In this document: one piece after another, positions 26,661 through 39,500 of the stretch | Position numbering within the stretch: position 1 is the first letter of the stretch | How the letters are laid out: each line of letters begins with the position of its first letter | Source: Lama guanicoe | Lineage: Eukaryota | Assembly: GCA_013239625.1 (NCBI GenBank) | Contig: MU054323.1 | Coordinates: forward strand, 20,295,082 to 20,359,081 | DNA: 64,000 bases | Direction: 5' to 3' | Program-made: the position numbers and the translations under genes | The notes under the pieces: model-generated | Seen by the model: only the letters and a program-made list of their open reading frames with translations | Databases searched by the model: none | Told to the model about the DNA's origin: nothing

Positions 26661-29600
26661 TAATAAGGACCCCAGATTTGTGTGTTGAGTGCAGCGTGTA
26701 CATGGGAGGTGTTTCTGTTTTCTTTGTGTCAGAGATGTGCTTGTGTTTGTACACTTAGAGAGTAATGTAGAGGTAAATTTTCTTTGCTCCATCCATGAAG
26801 TATAAGCCATTATTGTCTAATCAAAGCTGTCGCCTCCACCTCCTGCCTCTGTGAAGCTCCTCTGCCAATATCATACCACTTTCTTGTTCTGGAACTTGGG
26901 GGCACAGGAGCTATATTAGTCAGAGAGAGGGGAGAAAAAAGAGAAAAATCACAGAATCACCTAAAGGTGAAATGTGTTTAAGTTAAATTATGTGATAGTC
27001 CCAGCGTTGACTCTGACACATAGGTGTTCATTAAGTGTTAAAATTCCATCCCTTCTTTTAAAGAAAAGCTATTATTAAAGTTGTATTTTGAAAATTGTTA
27101 AGATATCAGCCAAAGTTTTTGTAGTTATATGTGAATTGCATATAAATAAAATGCCAATACTTTCCCTATAACTACATTTCTTTCTTACCTAAAGAAATGA
27201 TCTCTAAAAAAATCACTCAAAAATCACGCAAATGCTCGAAGGTAAATGGGTATGTTTCAAGGTATAGTTGCACATTAGAAGGGCCCAGTGTCTATAAATG
27301 AAATTTCCCTCGTTTAAGTCATTTCAACGAGTATTAAAAACAAAATTAGTTTTATAAAGAGTGCTCATTTAGCTTCCTGTAGGTTCCTGTAATTAGAGGC
27401 CCTGCAGCAAAGGGGATGGAACTTCATGATCCTGACAGTGAAATCTCTTTCAGAGTGAAGGCTGAGTCAGAAGAGACTCCAGAGAGGGGAGGAGCAGATG
27501 GGCTGTTTAAGCATCTCCCATCCTCTCCTGGCTCCGTAAGGAGGTGCCCTGGGATCCCCTCAGTGTCAGATGCTTGATTTTAGTCAGTCAGCAGATCTCC
27601 CAATTCCACTGCAGAGGGACAAGGGGACTTCCAACTCTGTCTCCATCTTTATCAAATGGGGGACCTTTGAGGACAGCTCCTGCTGTGTAGTGATACAGAC
27701 CAAGGGAGCATCGACTGGAAGTGCTCTTGGCCTTCCTCTGAGGTGCGCGGCTTTTGTTCCAGGGGTGCTATGGAAGCAGGCCTCAATGTGTCAGGAAAAC
27801 CAAAGCAATGGGCTCAGAAGAGAGGTGAATTTTCCGTAGGACAGAGTTAGGGCATCTGAGCCAAGGAGGTTGATAAATTGTACTATAAACCTCTTTTTAA
27901 TCTGCTCTCCTCTGGTTTATTTCCCCTGGGGTTACGTGAGTACACTGTAGATCTAGTTATTTTTCTTATTTGTTTTCTGCACTGAGTAATATCATTTCTC
28001 AGTGTCGTTATACCATGAAAAGGATGTCTGATGTGGATGCCTCTTAGTATAATATTATGATCTGAGGTGTGAAGGCTGTCCTTTTGATGACTTGTTTCTG
28101 AAATCAATGATTCAACAGCTCCCACTGTTTGCATCCAACCCCGAGAAATGGGTGGTGGTGAGGGCCATTGTACCAGTGAGAGAGCTCTGGGAATGCATCT
28201 GTTGTCTTCACAAATCCCAGTAAAAATAGATTGCCAGGAGCAGCTGATGGCACTGCCAGGCCTGCTGAGGCCCAGGCTGCCTTCTGTCAAAATTTTTATG
28301 TCACTTTAAAAGACCATGATTTTTTTTTTCGAATCTTCTAAAACACTTTTAATGGAAGAACATTGAGTGCCCCTAGACTCACCTCCGGTCTCCTTGTCTC
28401 AAGGTGTAATGTGATAACCCGCTTAAATATATCTAAATGCTTTCTAGTTTTTTTTTTTCTTTTCAGTTTTTATAATGGATCATTATGGCCCGAGAGTTTA
28501 TTGAATGTGAAGCAGTTATAGGAAATTGCCTCATGTATCTGGAGAGTTTGTGGACTGCTGAAGTATTACCTGAGGGCAGGGGAGGTCCTCTCACACTGCG
28601 AAGCCATAGGGTGGGGCTTGTAGAGGAAGACAGACCCGAGTGCATTAGGCATGAATAGTCAATAACTTGGGGTTTTGGCATATTCTGGAAGGATGCCGCA
28701 TTGACCACCCCTGGGACCACAGTGGGTTTTATTAATAAGTATCACAGTTTCTCCCAGAGAATACTTTTGTCCTTGTCCCCGAGGAAAATGCGAGTGTGTG
28801 AACTTGTAAGAGGTCTAGATCTGAGACCCTCTCAGCAGTATGGAGGTATTAGAAGAGTGACTAAAGTCCAGGGTGGTTACTCAAGTCTCCTCAACTGTGA
28901 GAGCCAGCCCTGGCCTCCTCAGTTAAGTGTCTGTTTACCTGCAAGGGCCATTACAGGAAGCCCTTCCAACCAGCCGCTTCCTACGCACGCCTACTCTCGG
29001 TGACACGTAGAGGCTGCATGTCGGAGAAGGTGAGCCTCTGACTTGAGAGCTGGGTCCCAGGGTTTTTAGGGGGAGGGTAGATGCTTGAGGAAGGATAGGG
29101 AGAAGGACAGCAAAGGGAGGGAACTGTATCCCTGAGAAACAGCTCTTTCTTAGCCAAGGTTTGACTCACTCATCCAAAGTGCAGGCCTATATCTGAGGAA
29201 GCCACTGGGACATCAGTACTAGATCTCGATGCCCCAGGGAAGTAAAGACCAGGTCCAGAAACCAACAGAGCCAGTCATCCTCCTGTGCAGTCTCGCTGGG
29301 TCCCAGTGAGGAAGTGAGGAGAAGGCTTCTGAATCTGCAGAGCCCCAGGGCAATGGAAATGGAAGGATTTGTCACAGCCTCGTTGATCTGGAGACTCCCG
29401 CTGGGTTAATTTTTAAGCTTCCCAGCCTAGCTCGTTATTTTAATTCAATGTTTCCTGTTTTCCCTTCCAGATGACTGAGCACTCTTTAAGCTCAGAAAAC
29501 ATCTGAGTTATAATCTATGTATTTTCCTCCCTCAACCAAATACTTATTTTTATCAGTGACTGTTTACATATCCATGAATATGAAAAGTAATTAATGTAAA

Positions 29601-32152
29601 ATTGAGGAGCAAGCTTGAAGGCAACTTTGTTAGGTGGAGCTTCTGAAGGAAACTATGCGCGAAGACTTTCCACGCTGGTCTGATTGCAGCTTCATGCACG
29701 ACCCCTCTGGGACAGTGAGTCCTGGGGAAATAGGGCTAATTATATTCAAGGCACCTGGGGCCAGTCAGCAGAAGAAAGGCCCGAGATATTGGCTATTGGA
29801 CCTCCTGCATTGCTCTTTTAATTTTCTTGTTTCTCCTGTTTTCTTTCTCTGTGTCTTTTTACTCTGCTGTTTGGGAGACATTCTCAACTTTGTATTCCAA
29901 CCACATTTGTATGATTTCTCCCTTTAGTCCGTGAAGTTTAACTTCATGTAATTTTGAAATTCTGTTGTTGGGCTTATATGTAGTTAGAATTTTTATGTCT
30001 TTTTGACCATTTGTATCACTTTGAAATGATGCTTTTTATTTTGTTACTCCCTGTATTTTTTTAAATTGAAGTATAGTTTTTTTTTTAATAGATTTGGCTT
30101 TCTTGAGTATATAGTCTGTTATTACTTGTTTAACTGCTTTCCAGGCTCCAAAATCCTGATGGTGGTTTTTCCCTGGGTTTTAGGAGGGAGGGGAATCACT
30201 CAGAAACCAGTAGCGAGAAACTTAAAAATTTTGGTTTTCACTGCGTCCAGAATCTCCAAGTCCATGGACTCTGAAATACTTCTGAGTAGTCAAACCAAAA
30301 GGGAAAATTTTGTTTAAAAAGAAAATATATATACATATATATCTATAAATGCTTATGGATCAGGATTAGTATAGACAAAAGCAGCAAATGTAGATGGATA
30401 CATTTGAGAATTTATAAGCATAAAGGGAAATGATTTGGGCTATGTTATTTAGGAAGGAGACCTAAGAATGGGCACAGGTCTTTTCCTGGGGCCCTCTGCC
30501 ATGCTGGGGGCCCTTCAGTGTGGCTTTGGGTTCCTTGCTGCAAAAAGATGCAGCAGAGCTGAGGACGAGCAGTGGAGAGTGGAGGTGGTGCCAGGGCAGG
30601 AAGTAAGCACTGGGATTCTTCAGCCCGGAATGCAGAGAGCTGACATAGCTCCACTTAACACCATGGCCAGTGTGGAGAAGGCAGGTGTGAACCTGGACGC
30701 CAGATCCTGAGCTGCTGGGAGGAGAGGGTTGCTTTTGAACCCAGAGCAGGTAAGTTTAGCACAAATAGAAGAAAGCGCAGTTTACTGTGGCAGGTCAGAA
30801 ACTTGGGAAACTATTACAAGTGACTCTTTGGCAGATGGCGTAATTCCATATGGGGTTGGACAAATGAATGACAGAGGAGCCCCCCCAACACACACACACA
30901 CAAAAAGGCATCTGAGAGATACTAGAAATACTGACAGACACAGAAGCCTTAATTTAGACACTGAAGAGGACAGTATGCTGTTACTGGGATGGATGGAGAA
31001 TGGGGCAGGCTCGGAGTAGTAGGAAAACCTTTACCTGAAGGAAGAAGATCTGGGTTCAAATTCTGATTCCTCAGCTCACCACCTACTCACCTTGAGCAAG
31101 TCCCTAACCTTTCTGACCCTCACAAGGTTCTGATGAAAGTTAAATGAGGCAGTTCCATAACCTATCAATAAAGCAAAAGTTAGCCTAGTCCTAAACTGAA
31201 TTATCTGGGTTTTAATTTAACACATATTTGCCCTGTCAAATACCAGGCTGTGTGCATGTATCTCCCCTATTCTAGAAAGGCTCATGAAGTGAAGGCGCAG
31301 CTCTGCTCTATCCTGCAGACCTTCCTCAGGATGGCGGGAGGCTGTGAAGGTGAGCGTCCCTGTGCCTCTCTTGGCTGTGGAGTGGCGTGCGTGATGGGAG
31401 AGAGGACCTGAGGGCTGCCTTGGCCCGAGCACCTGGTCCCATATCAGCAGACACCCCCCACTTCCCTCCTAGCCACTTTCCTAATGACCAAGCACAAGTT
31501 TTCACAACCTGCTGTGTAATATCAGATGGTGACAGTGTTATTTGCCAACCACTTCTCCTTTCTCATTTACTTGTTTCTACCGAGAATCTGCAGGTGCCCA
31601 GCTCTGGGTCAGGGAGAGGTAAAGGTTTGGGGGGAGGTGGAGTGGGTGGGCATGAGGGGCACTGTGACACTGTGACACTGTGGGTATTTGAGGTCACTCC
31701 ACTCCTACAGAAAAATGTGTGCCTAGCCTCTGAGTGCCCACATCATTATGATTCATTATGGTGACCTCAGACCGGGGTGTGCCTTCTCCAGGCCAGTTGT
31801 GTTCTGCATTCCTTAGCATCCGGACAGGAAAGTTCCATGATGTTGCTCTGATAAGCGTGGAAGCACTTGCCTGGTATGTTGTGGTCCCTTGCCAGTGACT
31901 GCTAAACCTGCCCATCCAAATCCCAGCTTTTAAGAGACTTCAGTGTCATTCATGTATTTTCTTGGCCTCAATTAAACTTTCCTTTGGTCCAGCCTCAAAC
32001 TACGTTGCAAGCTTTTATTTGAATTAGTGCCCAACCTCCTTTCCTTCAAGGTTGTGATGGTGGTGGTGGGCTAGTAGATTGCATCCTTCCTCTCACCTTG
32101 CCTTCACCATCGGAACTTGTTTAACTTCAACGCTGTTTCTTTCCTTTTCCAG

Positions 32153-32178
32153 AACTCACATGCTGCGTGTCAGACTGA
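32153..32178 (+). CDS. MTA3: MTA3 terminal coding exon (E)LTCCVSD*
   Basis: tttctttccttttccag|AA CTC ACA TGC TGC GTG TCA GAC TGA; matches the long-isoform ending ELTCCVSD that I recall. Confidence 0.92.
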
Positions 32179-34776
32179 GCTGTCCCTATTTAATCCTATA
32201 ATCCAAGACTTGCTACACTGTCCTGCTGATGTTCACAGCCATGCCTGGGAAGGAGGCAACCCCATCCCCAGTCCATTTCAGTGGGAGACCTCTGCGTGCA
32301 CCCCACGGAGACTTGATGGGGCAAGGAAAGAAATGGTGGGAGTGCACGTCCCCAAAGCTGCGTCTCCATGTGTGAATCAGTGTCCCCTCGCTTTCCTCTC
32401 GGAGACCTCGATGCCCCAGAGCGGGACCTGCCTGGGGAGTCGAGGGGGTAGGGGAGCCACTGCGTGTCCCCTCTCCTCCTGAGCTCTGCACCCAGGCACC
32501 ATAGCTCCTGGGGCAGTGGGGCTGCTGTGTGCTCAGCTCTGTCACATGTCAGCTGTGTGAGTGTGTACAGAAGGGACATGGCATCCTTCTGAATGGATTT
32601 TTCTTAAGACATGTGCCAGTGTTTATGCAGTTAATGATACTCCCTTGTCCTTGCTGTTACTGTCACTTGGCTTTTCCTCAATAGACTTCACACTTATTTT
32701 TTTTAATGGGGAAATTTTGTCCTTCTCCCTCTGCATCCTGTATTTGACCCCCTACCTCCACCCCACCAAGGTACAGAATGACCTATGGTTCTGACAAAAG
32801 ATAAGAAAATTGTCTTTGGTAAGCTTGTGAACTCTTCGTATCATCTGTATTGTGTCGTTGGAGAGAGACTGGGGTTCTGCTTGGTCCCAGACAGCTCCAG
32901 CAAGAGCAGGTGTGAAGCTGGATCGAGTGTGTATATCACTGCGACCAGCCACTGGGTACCGCCCTGTTCCTTCGCAGCCAAGCCAGCTGATGAGGAGCTG
33001 CAGCCAGACTGGTCCTTCTCCGAGTCTCATCCACCAGGTTGATGTTAAGCAGATGGAGTCTGTTTGGCTTAGAAGGGTGAAGTGGGAGAACTGTGTCTGC
33101 AGGTGAGTCTGTGTGTATGACACCATGAGCCCCCTCCCACCCTTCCAGCCCAAATGTTTCTGTGAGCACATGTGCCTGGGCCCCGGGAGACCTGCCTGCA
33201 CCCGGTTTCTGCCAGCCCGGGTGCTTCCTGTCTGCCCTCAGCTCCGGCCCTTGTGCAGGCATCACAGGCTGGCTGCTCTGCACTCCGTGCACACAGCAGG
33301 GATAGGAATGACTTAGTGCCCCACTGGCTCCCCGAGCAGATGTGAGTCTGGCCACTCCTCTGCCTCTGTTTGCAGGGACAGGCTGCGGGGCACAGGTTCA
33401 CAGCAGCATGAAAGGTAATTGAAGTCTGGCCTCCCAGCTGTCCCTAGGGTCTGCAGCTGGGAGGCAGCTGGGTGGCTATACTAGATGCCCCAGATGGCTA
33501 GGTGGTTGCAAGACAGAGTGGCTCCAACTGAGTTGACTGCCCCTCCACCCCAGACAGAGGGAGGTACTCCTAAAATGGCAATGACACTCAAGATGTCTAG
33601 GTCCTCGGAGGCGGGGTTCAGCTTAGCAGAGAGGATGTGATGTGTGATGGCTGAAGGTGACGCTCGTGGCTTGAACTGCCTTTTTCTTTTCCAGTGTTGC
33701 AGTCATCGTGGCTTCTCCTCTCAAGAGGGGTTGGTTCTCGTCTTAGGCTTTTGCAGGGTGATCCCAGGGATGTTCTCACCACTGCCAACTCTTGGAGCTG
33801 TTCTGGGTCTTGGCTTAGGGCCCCATGGTGGGCCTGTGTCAGAGGTGCTCAGTGAGCCGGGCCGCGTGGCAGGCACTGCCCTCAGGGGCCCCTGTAGAAA
33901 AAACCCAGGGAGATGGGGCAGCTGGCTCTCACGTGATACGCCACATGCCACGCAGCCAAGCTGTCTCCCTGGGCCCTGCCCTGGATCTGTTGTGCACACA
34001 GACGTAGGTGGAATGTTCCCTCACCCTTTCGCTTTCCTCTCCTGACCCACGTGCAATGGTGACTGGTGGTCATAGAAACAATTAGCCACCCGTGACTCTG
34101 CTGCCTACATTTTAGGGGACGCCCTCCTGACCCAGGCCAGGAGATTTGGAGACCAGGGCCAGGCCGGGGCTGAGGGGAGAACAGGGAGGCCCAGCCTAGA
34201 TACAGTTCAAATTTGGCTGTGGGACAAGTGGGCTCATTTTGAGCCACATGTACCAAGGCAGCTCTCCTTCACCTTGTAGTCAAAGCTCCTGTGTCTGCAG
34301 CCCCGTCCCCCTACGGAGAGGATGTTGATTAAGATTTTACGCTCTCACTTCATCTCTGGGAAGTGCCCCAGCCTGAACCTCCAGGGAATGGAGGAAGGGC
34401 GCCAAGGAGCCTCTGATACTTGCCTTTGTTTTCTGAGCAGTTGGCGCTAAGAGGATTTCCCAGCCACCTCCTTTCTGGGGGCTACGGGATCACCATCGTG
34501 GGTGTCAGTGGAGTGTCACCGCTGTGAGCAGTGAGCTTGCTAGGTGACACGCAGAGCCTGTCTGCATGGCCCGAAGCACACATGCCCAGTGGTGCTGTGC
34601 TGAGCCTGGTCTGTGCTCTCTTGGATGAGGACACAGATGCCTGCAAGTCATCTTCCCTCTCCTTCTCCATCATCACCCACACATCCCTGATTTCCTAGAG
34701 GTGGTGCAAGGGAGGAGGACACACTGGCTTTTTCAGCACGCCTCTCACAATTCTACCTTGTCCACAGTCCAGCTTC

Positions 34777-35285
34777 TGTCAGTCAGCGTCCAATCAGGAA
34801 AACAGAACCAGTCTATATATTTAAAACACAGGAGTTTTTAATCCAGGGAATTGTTTAACACAGAAACAAGAAGAGTTGAGATGCCAAACGGGGGCATGAA
34901 GGGCAGCCTGGAGATGGGGAGCAACAGCTGTTGGGACATGGGACAGGACATGTTACCAGATCCTGGGGGACCAGGGCCACTGGGCAGGGCCTGGGACCAC
35001 AGAGGACCTATCTGGTGGGAGCTGGAGCTACGAGGAGGCATGGTCCCCTGCCAGAAATATTCCCCTGGGCAGAGTGAGGAGAAATAGCCTGGCTTCTCCC
35101 TTCCTCATGCCCTCCAGATTTCTGCAGGTGCCTCGTTAGCTAAACTGAGCTGGAAGCCTGCAGGCCTGGGAGCCTGGGACAGGCAACCTGCAGCAGTCAG
35201 CCCCTCCACCCCACCCCAACCGCTCAGAGCAGAGCAGGGGAGGGCATGGGGCTGATCAGAGGGTAAGCAGGCCCAAGATGTGCAT
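34777..35285. mobile_element. Old ERVL-like solo LTR (LTR33-like) inside the putative MTA3 3' UTR
   Basis: tgtcagtcagcgtccaatcaggaaaacagaacca...tttaatccagggaattg...gctaaactgagctggaagcc...gctcagagcagagcagggga. Confidence 0.55.
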
Positions 35286-35735
35286 GGCCTCGGTCCAGTC
35301 TATGTCATGTCCAAGTCTGGTGTTTATGCCCGTGGTGTCCTATGACCCCAGTAAGGATAAGAGGAGGAGCTGCCCCCTTGAGTTTTTATGGATTCTCCTT
35401 CACTCTGCCTAGAGAGGAAAGTGCTTTTGGCCGGGTTGGGGTGGGGGAGCTTTATTCTTAACAGTTGTCCAAGTTTCCCTTTGGGGGAATTTAGCCCTTT
35501 AGCAGCCCCACCTCACCATTCCCCTCAGGAAAGCTGTGTCCCAGTTTTCTGCCCACCCCTCCCCATTCCTCTTCCCCCAACCCCTGGCTTTCCCTGCCAG
35601 AGAACACCAACCCAGACCATGCATCAGTGGTCATGAGTGTTTCCCCAGGATAATTCATTCAAAGCGTGGTATTACGGCGTGGACCATCTGTCTGTAAGTA
35701 GTCACCATCTACTAATCAATTTGTATTGTGTTTCC

Positions 35736-35741
35736 AATAAA
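35736..35741 (+). terminator. MTA3: Probable distal MTA3 polyadenylation signal (implies ~3.6 kb 3' UTR)
   Basis: First plus-strand AATAAA I found after the stop; TGTA upstream (ttgtattgtg) and T/GT-rich downstream. Confidence 0.6.
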
Positions 35742-37369
35742 TTTCTGGAACTCCTGCCTGGTTTTATGCTGTCCTTTACTGGGACAGTGGCTCCGATGCA
35801 GGGCTCAGTGCAGGTATGCTCCCAGCCCCCAGTGTCAGGTGCTCCTTCCCCTGCCCCATGTAGCTCTGAGGTCAGGCTGTTTAGTCTAATGTTACCCCGG
35901 CCACACGGAGATGCTCAGAGGCCTTTCTCCAGACACAAGGTCTGCACTTTCTTCTGCTGTGTCATAAGCCACATCCTGAGGACATGGAGGTTTCATGAGG
36001 GCAGGTCACCCCAGTAGGTGGCTTTTGACCCTGTATCCCCGAGGTCTGGAGGTATGAGGAGCAACAGGCAGACTTTCGCCATCAACCACTCTTGCCTGCT
36101 GTCCCCAGAGCCAGGGGAGTGGGGACGTGTTCCTGGCTACTAGGATGGTGAACTGAGGGAGCATGCGGTAGTGCCCCCACCCGTGGGTTTGACAGAAAGG
36201 CTCCTGTGCGAGTGACGTGGGTGCAGCATGAAGCCCAGCACCCTTTTCTGCATCCCACCCTCCACAGCTCTGAAAGTCAGAAGTGATCATGTCTGAGGTG
36301 ATTTGAAATGTGTAGGGAGCCTGATTCTAGTGCCTGGCATCCTCCACTGTTTCCCAGGCCCTGAGTGCTGCAACCCGCTGGGGAGAAATTGTTCTCTGCT
36401 GTGTATTTTATTGATTCAAGTTTGTTTGACTCAGTGTAAACTCTGTCTCAGTTTCTGTGCTGGGGCCCTTGTAGGCTCACTTGGGACCCCTTCAGCCCAT
36501 GTTTATGACCCTAGTTTGCTGGGATTTATGAGAGATTGTTTTTTAAAAAGAGAGAGAGACACTGAGTTTCTTTCAGGTTTCATGAGAAAAGCAAGACATA
36601 TGTGCGTGGGTTACTGGATGACAGGAAAGGTTGTAGTTAAGGCAAAGCCGTGCTGATACTTGTAGGCGTTCCAGGAGAAGGGGCTCAGCCAGGCTGGACT
36701 AGGGGTCAGGGAAGGTTTGGGGGAAGCAGAGGGGCCCTCGAGGTGGAACACAGCAGACTCCTCCACCCCCAGTGAAATCTGACATGATGGTTCTTAGTAT
36801 CTTTTTATTAATACCTTTAATCCTGGCTCAAGTACCTCCGTCTCTCTGGAAGCTCACTGTAAAGTGTCGTGTGCCCTATCTCTCAGGGTGTACCATCCTT
36901 TCCATCACCAGGACTGGGTTTTTATGATCAAACTTCCTGAGAGGTTTCTTCTGGATAAGTTTTATCTTCCAGTTGTTCTGATCTTGCTTCTGAACTGCAG
37001 GGGGTCGCTGGAGGAAGCCATTCAACCTGCAGGGACTGTTGGCCTCTCAGAGCTCTGAGTGCCCGACTCACCAGGCCTCTCTGGGCTGCTTGCCAGGGGG
37101 CCATTTATGTGTTCTTCCAGAGCTTGTTTATTCCCAGGACTGGCTCTTCCAATCCTTTGTCCCTCCTGAAGCCCTCACCCCTCAGAGCTGAGCCTTCTAA
37201 GGATCCCTTCACCTGTCTTTCCCCCAACTCCAAGACCTACTGTATGTAACAGTGCCCTTCCACCAGCCCACGGCGGTGCCCCTTGGCTGCTAGAGGACCC
37301 TCCTGGCACCCTGGATCCATTCCCCACCCCCCACCTTCCTTAAGGCCTTGCAGTAGAGTGTCCTCACCC

Positions 37370-37520
37370 AGACCAGACTGCTGCTTACTAGCTGGATGAC
37401 CTTGGGCCAGTCACTCAACCTCTCTGTGCCTCAGTTTTTTTCATCTATAAGATGGGATAATAGTACCTCCCTTGCAGGACTAAATTAATTGGTACATGTA
37501 AAGTGCTTAGCAGAGTGTTA
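37370..37520 (+). mobile_element. MIR SINE
   Basis: cttactagctggatgaccttgggccagtcactcaacctctctgtgcctcagttttttcatctataagatgggataatagtacc. Confidence 0.85.
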
Positions 37521-38446
37521 CTGCTCCGTTTTCCTTCTCTTCTCTTCCTGCATCTTCACCCTCTTCCCCTTTTCCTCATACCACTGTGTTTAAATTGTCC
37601 ACCCAGTCAGCAAAACAACAGGACAATCAAAGCACAAAAACATCTGTCCTCTTCTTAGCTTCATGGAAGCTATGGTCTCATCTCCCTCTCTTGGGAGATT
37701 TCTTGAAAGAGGGAAGAGTTGTGCCTTCAAATCTTATTAATTCCTTAACCCATTATAGTACTTTATGGCTTCCATTCTGCCTCATCCCAGCCACTCACTG
37801 AGTCTGCTGTCGATACAGTCACCAGGGACCTCCCGATTGCCAAATTCAGCATGACTTTTGGTCATCCTCTGAGCTTTCTTGAGCACTTGACGCTGTTGTC
37901 CTCATGGTGCATTTCTTTGTACTTTTCATTACATTGACTCCTTTATTCTCTATCCAGAGCAATGCTACGTAACATTCAGATATTACTCATATTCATTTTT
38001 TCAGATTTTTTTTTACAAAGATAAACTTAAGACATAGTAGAAATCACCTGGGAACACCCTTTCCATGTGCCTCCATTTCAGAAATCTGCACTTTCCCTCA
38101 TTTGGTGTTTCTTGTCCCAATGCATGATTTTATACAATTAATGCATATGTACGAATCCATAACCAGTATAGAACATTTTGCATATTATTAAGTTGTATAT
38201 GAACAACAACCTATCACTTCTTGAGAAGCGGTTTTTGATAGCACCAGACCATGCGGTGTTAATCTAGGGTGTCAGTCCAAGCTGCCTGACCAGACAGTGT
38301 CAGACACACACTTTGGTTCTCACCTCAGCTTTCTTCAGCATGCAATTAGGAATTCTGAAAATGCTTTAATCTTGCATGAGGCACTTTGCAGCCTGTCTGG
38401 GTATTTTATGTTTGGCTTTTACGCTCATAAAAGATGGCTCTGTTAT

Positions 38447-38474
38447 GTTTGTTTGTTTGTTTGTTTGTTTGTTT
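38447..38474. repeat. (GTTT)7 microsatellite
   Basis: Directly visible. Confidence 0.9.
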
Positions 38475-38589
38475 ATAATACTTCTTTGATGCTTTTTTTT
38501 TATTGCTGCATTCCTGGTTTTCTTCCTACTTAAAGGTTTCTTCTGCGCATTTCATTACGTATTTCTTTGTGTGTCTCTTACTTGTGGGA

Positions 38590-39500
38590 TTTTTAAAAGG
38601 ATGGTCCTTGGTCCTCCTCACTCTCTCCCTCCCCGACAGCATAACCCCATCCATTCTCATAAGCTCAACTCCCATCAGTAAGAGGAAGATTCTGAAATCC
38701 TATCTTCAGCCCTAAGTGTGCTCCTGTACGTGTTTACCTGCAGGTCCTCCAAGCCCCTCCAACTTGCTCCACCTCCTGTATCTTCAATGCATCACCGTCC
38801 ACCCATCTTCCACAGAGTCACCTCTCTTTTTAACCTGGGCTCTGCCTCTCTGTCTGCACCTTTGTGCTCTCTGCTGCTTCCCTTTATTCAGGCCCTTGCT
38901 TGAAATACAGATTGTTTCCTACACAAGTTGTCTCCCACATCCCTTCACCAGTCTGTCCACACTATTACCAGAGTAACTGACCAAAATGCAAAACTGATCA
39001 TCCTTGACTTCTTAAAAACTTCAGGCACACTCCCCTTCCTGCCATTTTGGATTGTCTGCAGGCCCAGCCCAGGCTCCCGAGCTTGCTGGGTTCAGCCTGC
39101 CTTTCCTGCCTGTCTCCTGACTCTGTCGGTAGGCCTCCTCTTCCCTTACCTCAGTGATCTCCTCACCCTACACACCAGGTCTTCTCAGCTCTGTGCCCTT
39201 GTTCATGCCCTTCCCTCTACCAGGGATGCTGTTCCCTTCGTACTTTCCTCATCCTCCAAGATTCAGCTTACATGCATCACCCCGACACCTGGGCAGAGCT
39301 GGCTCTTCTGCGCCCTGTGCTCTCAGCGGTGGGTTACAAACTTGCAGTCCTTGGATTACACTGGTTTGGGTTACGTTTGATCTATTTGCATGTCTCTCTC
39401 CCAGGCTTGGCCTGAAGGGACTCAAGGTCAGAGTTGTATTGTCTGCCTTGGTGTCTTTGTGCCTGGCCCCTGATGGATGCCCAGCAAACACTGGATGATT
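38590..39500 (+). mobile_element. Degenerate LINE-2
   Basis: Pyrimidine-rich with L2 phrases (tgcccttgttcatgcccttccctctaccagggatgctgttccc, atcctccaagattcagctta). Confidence 0.6.
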
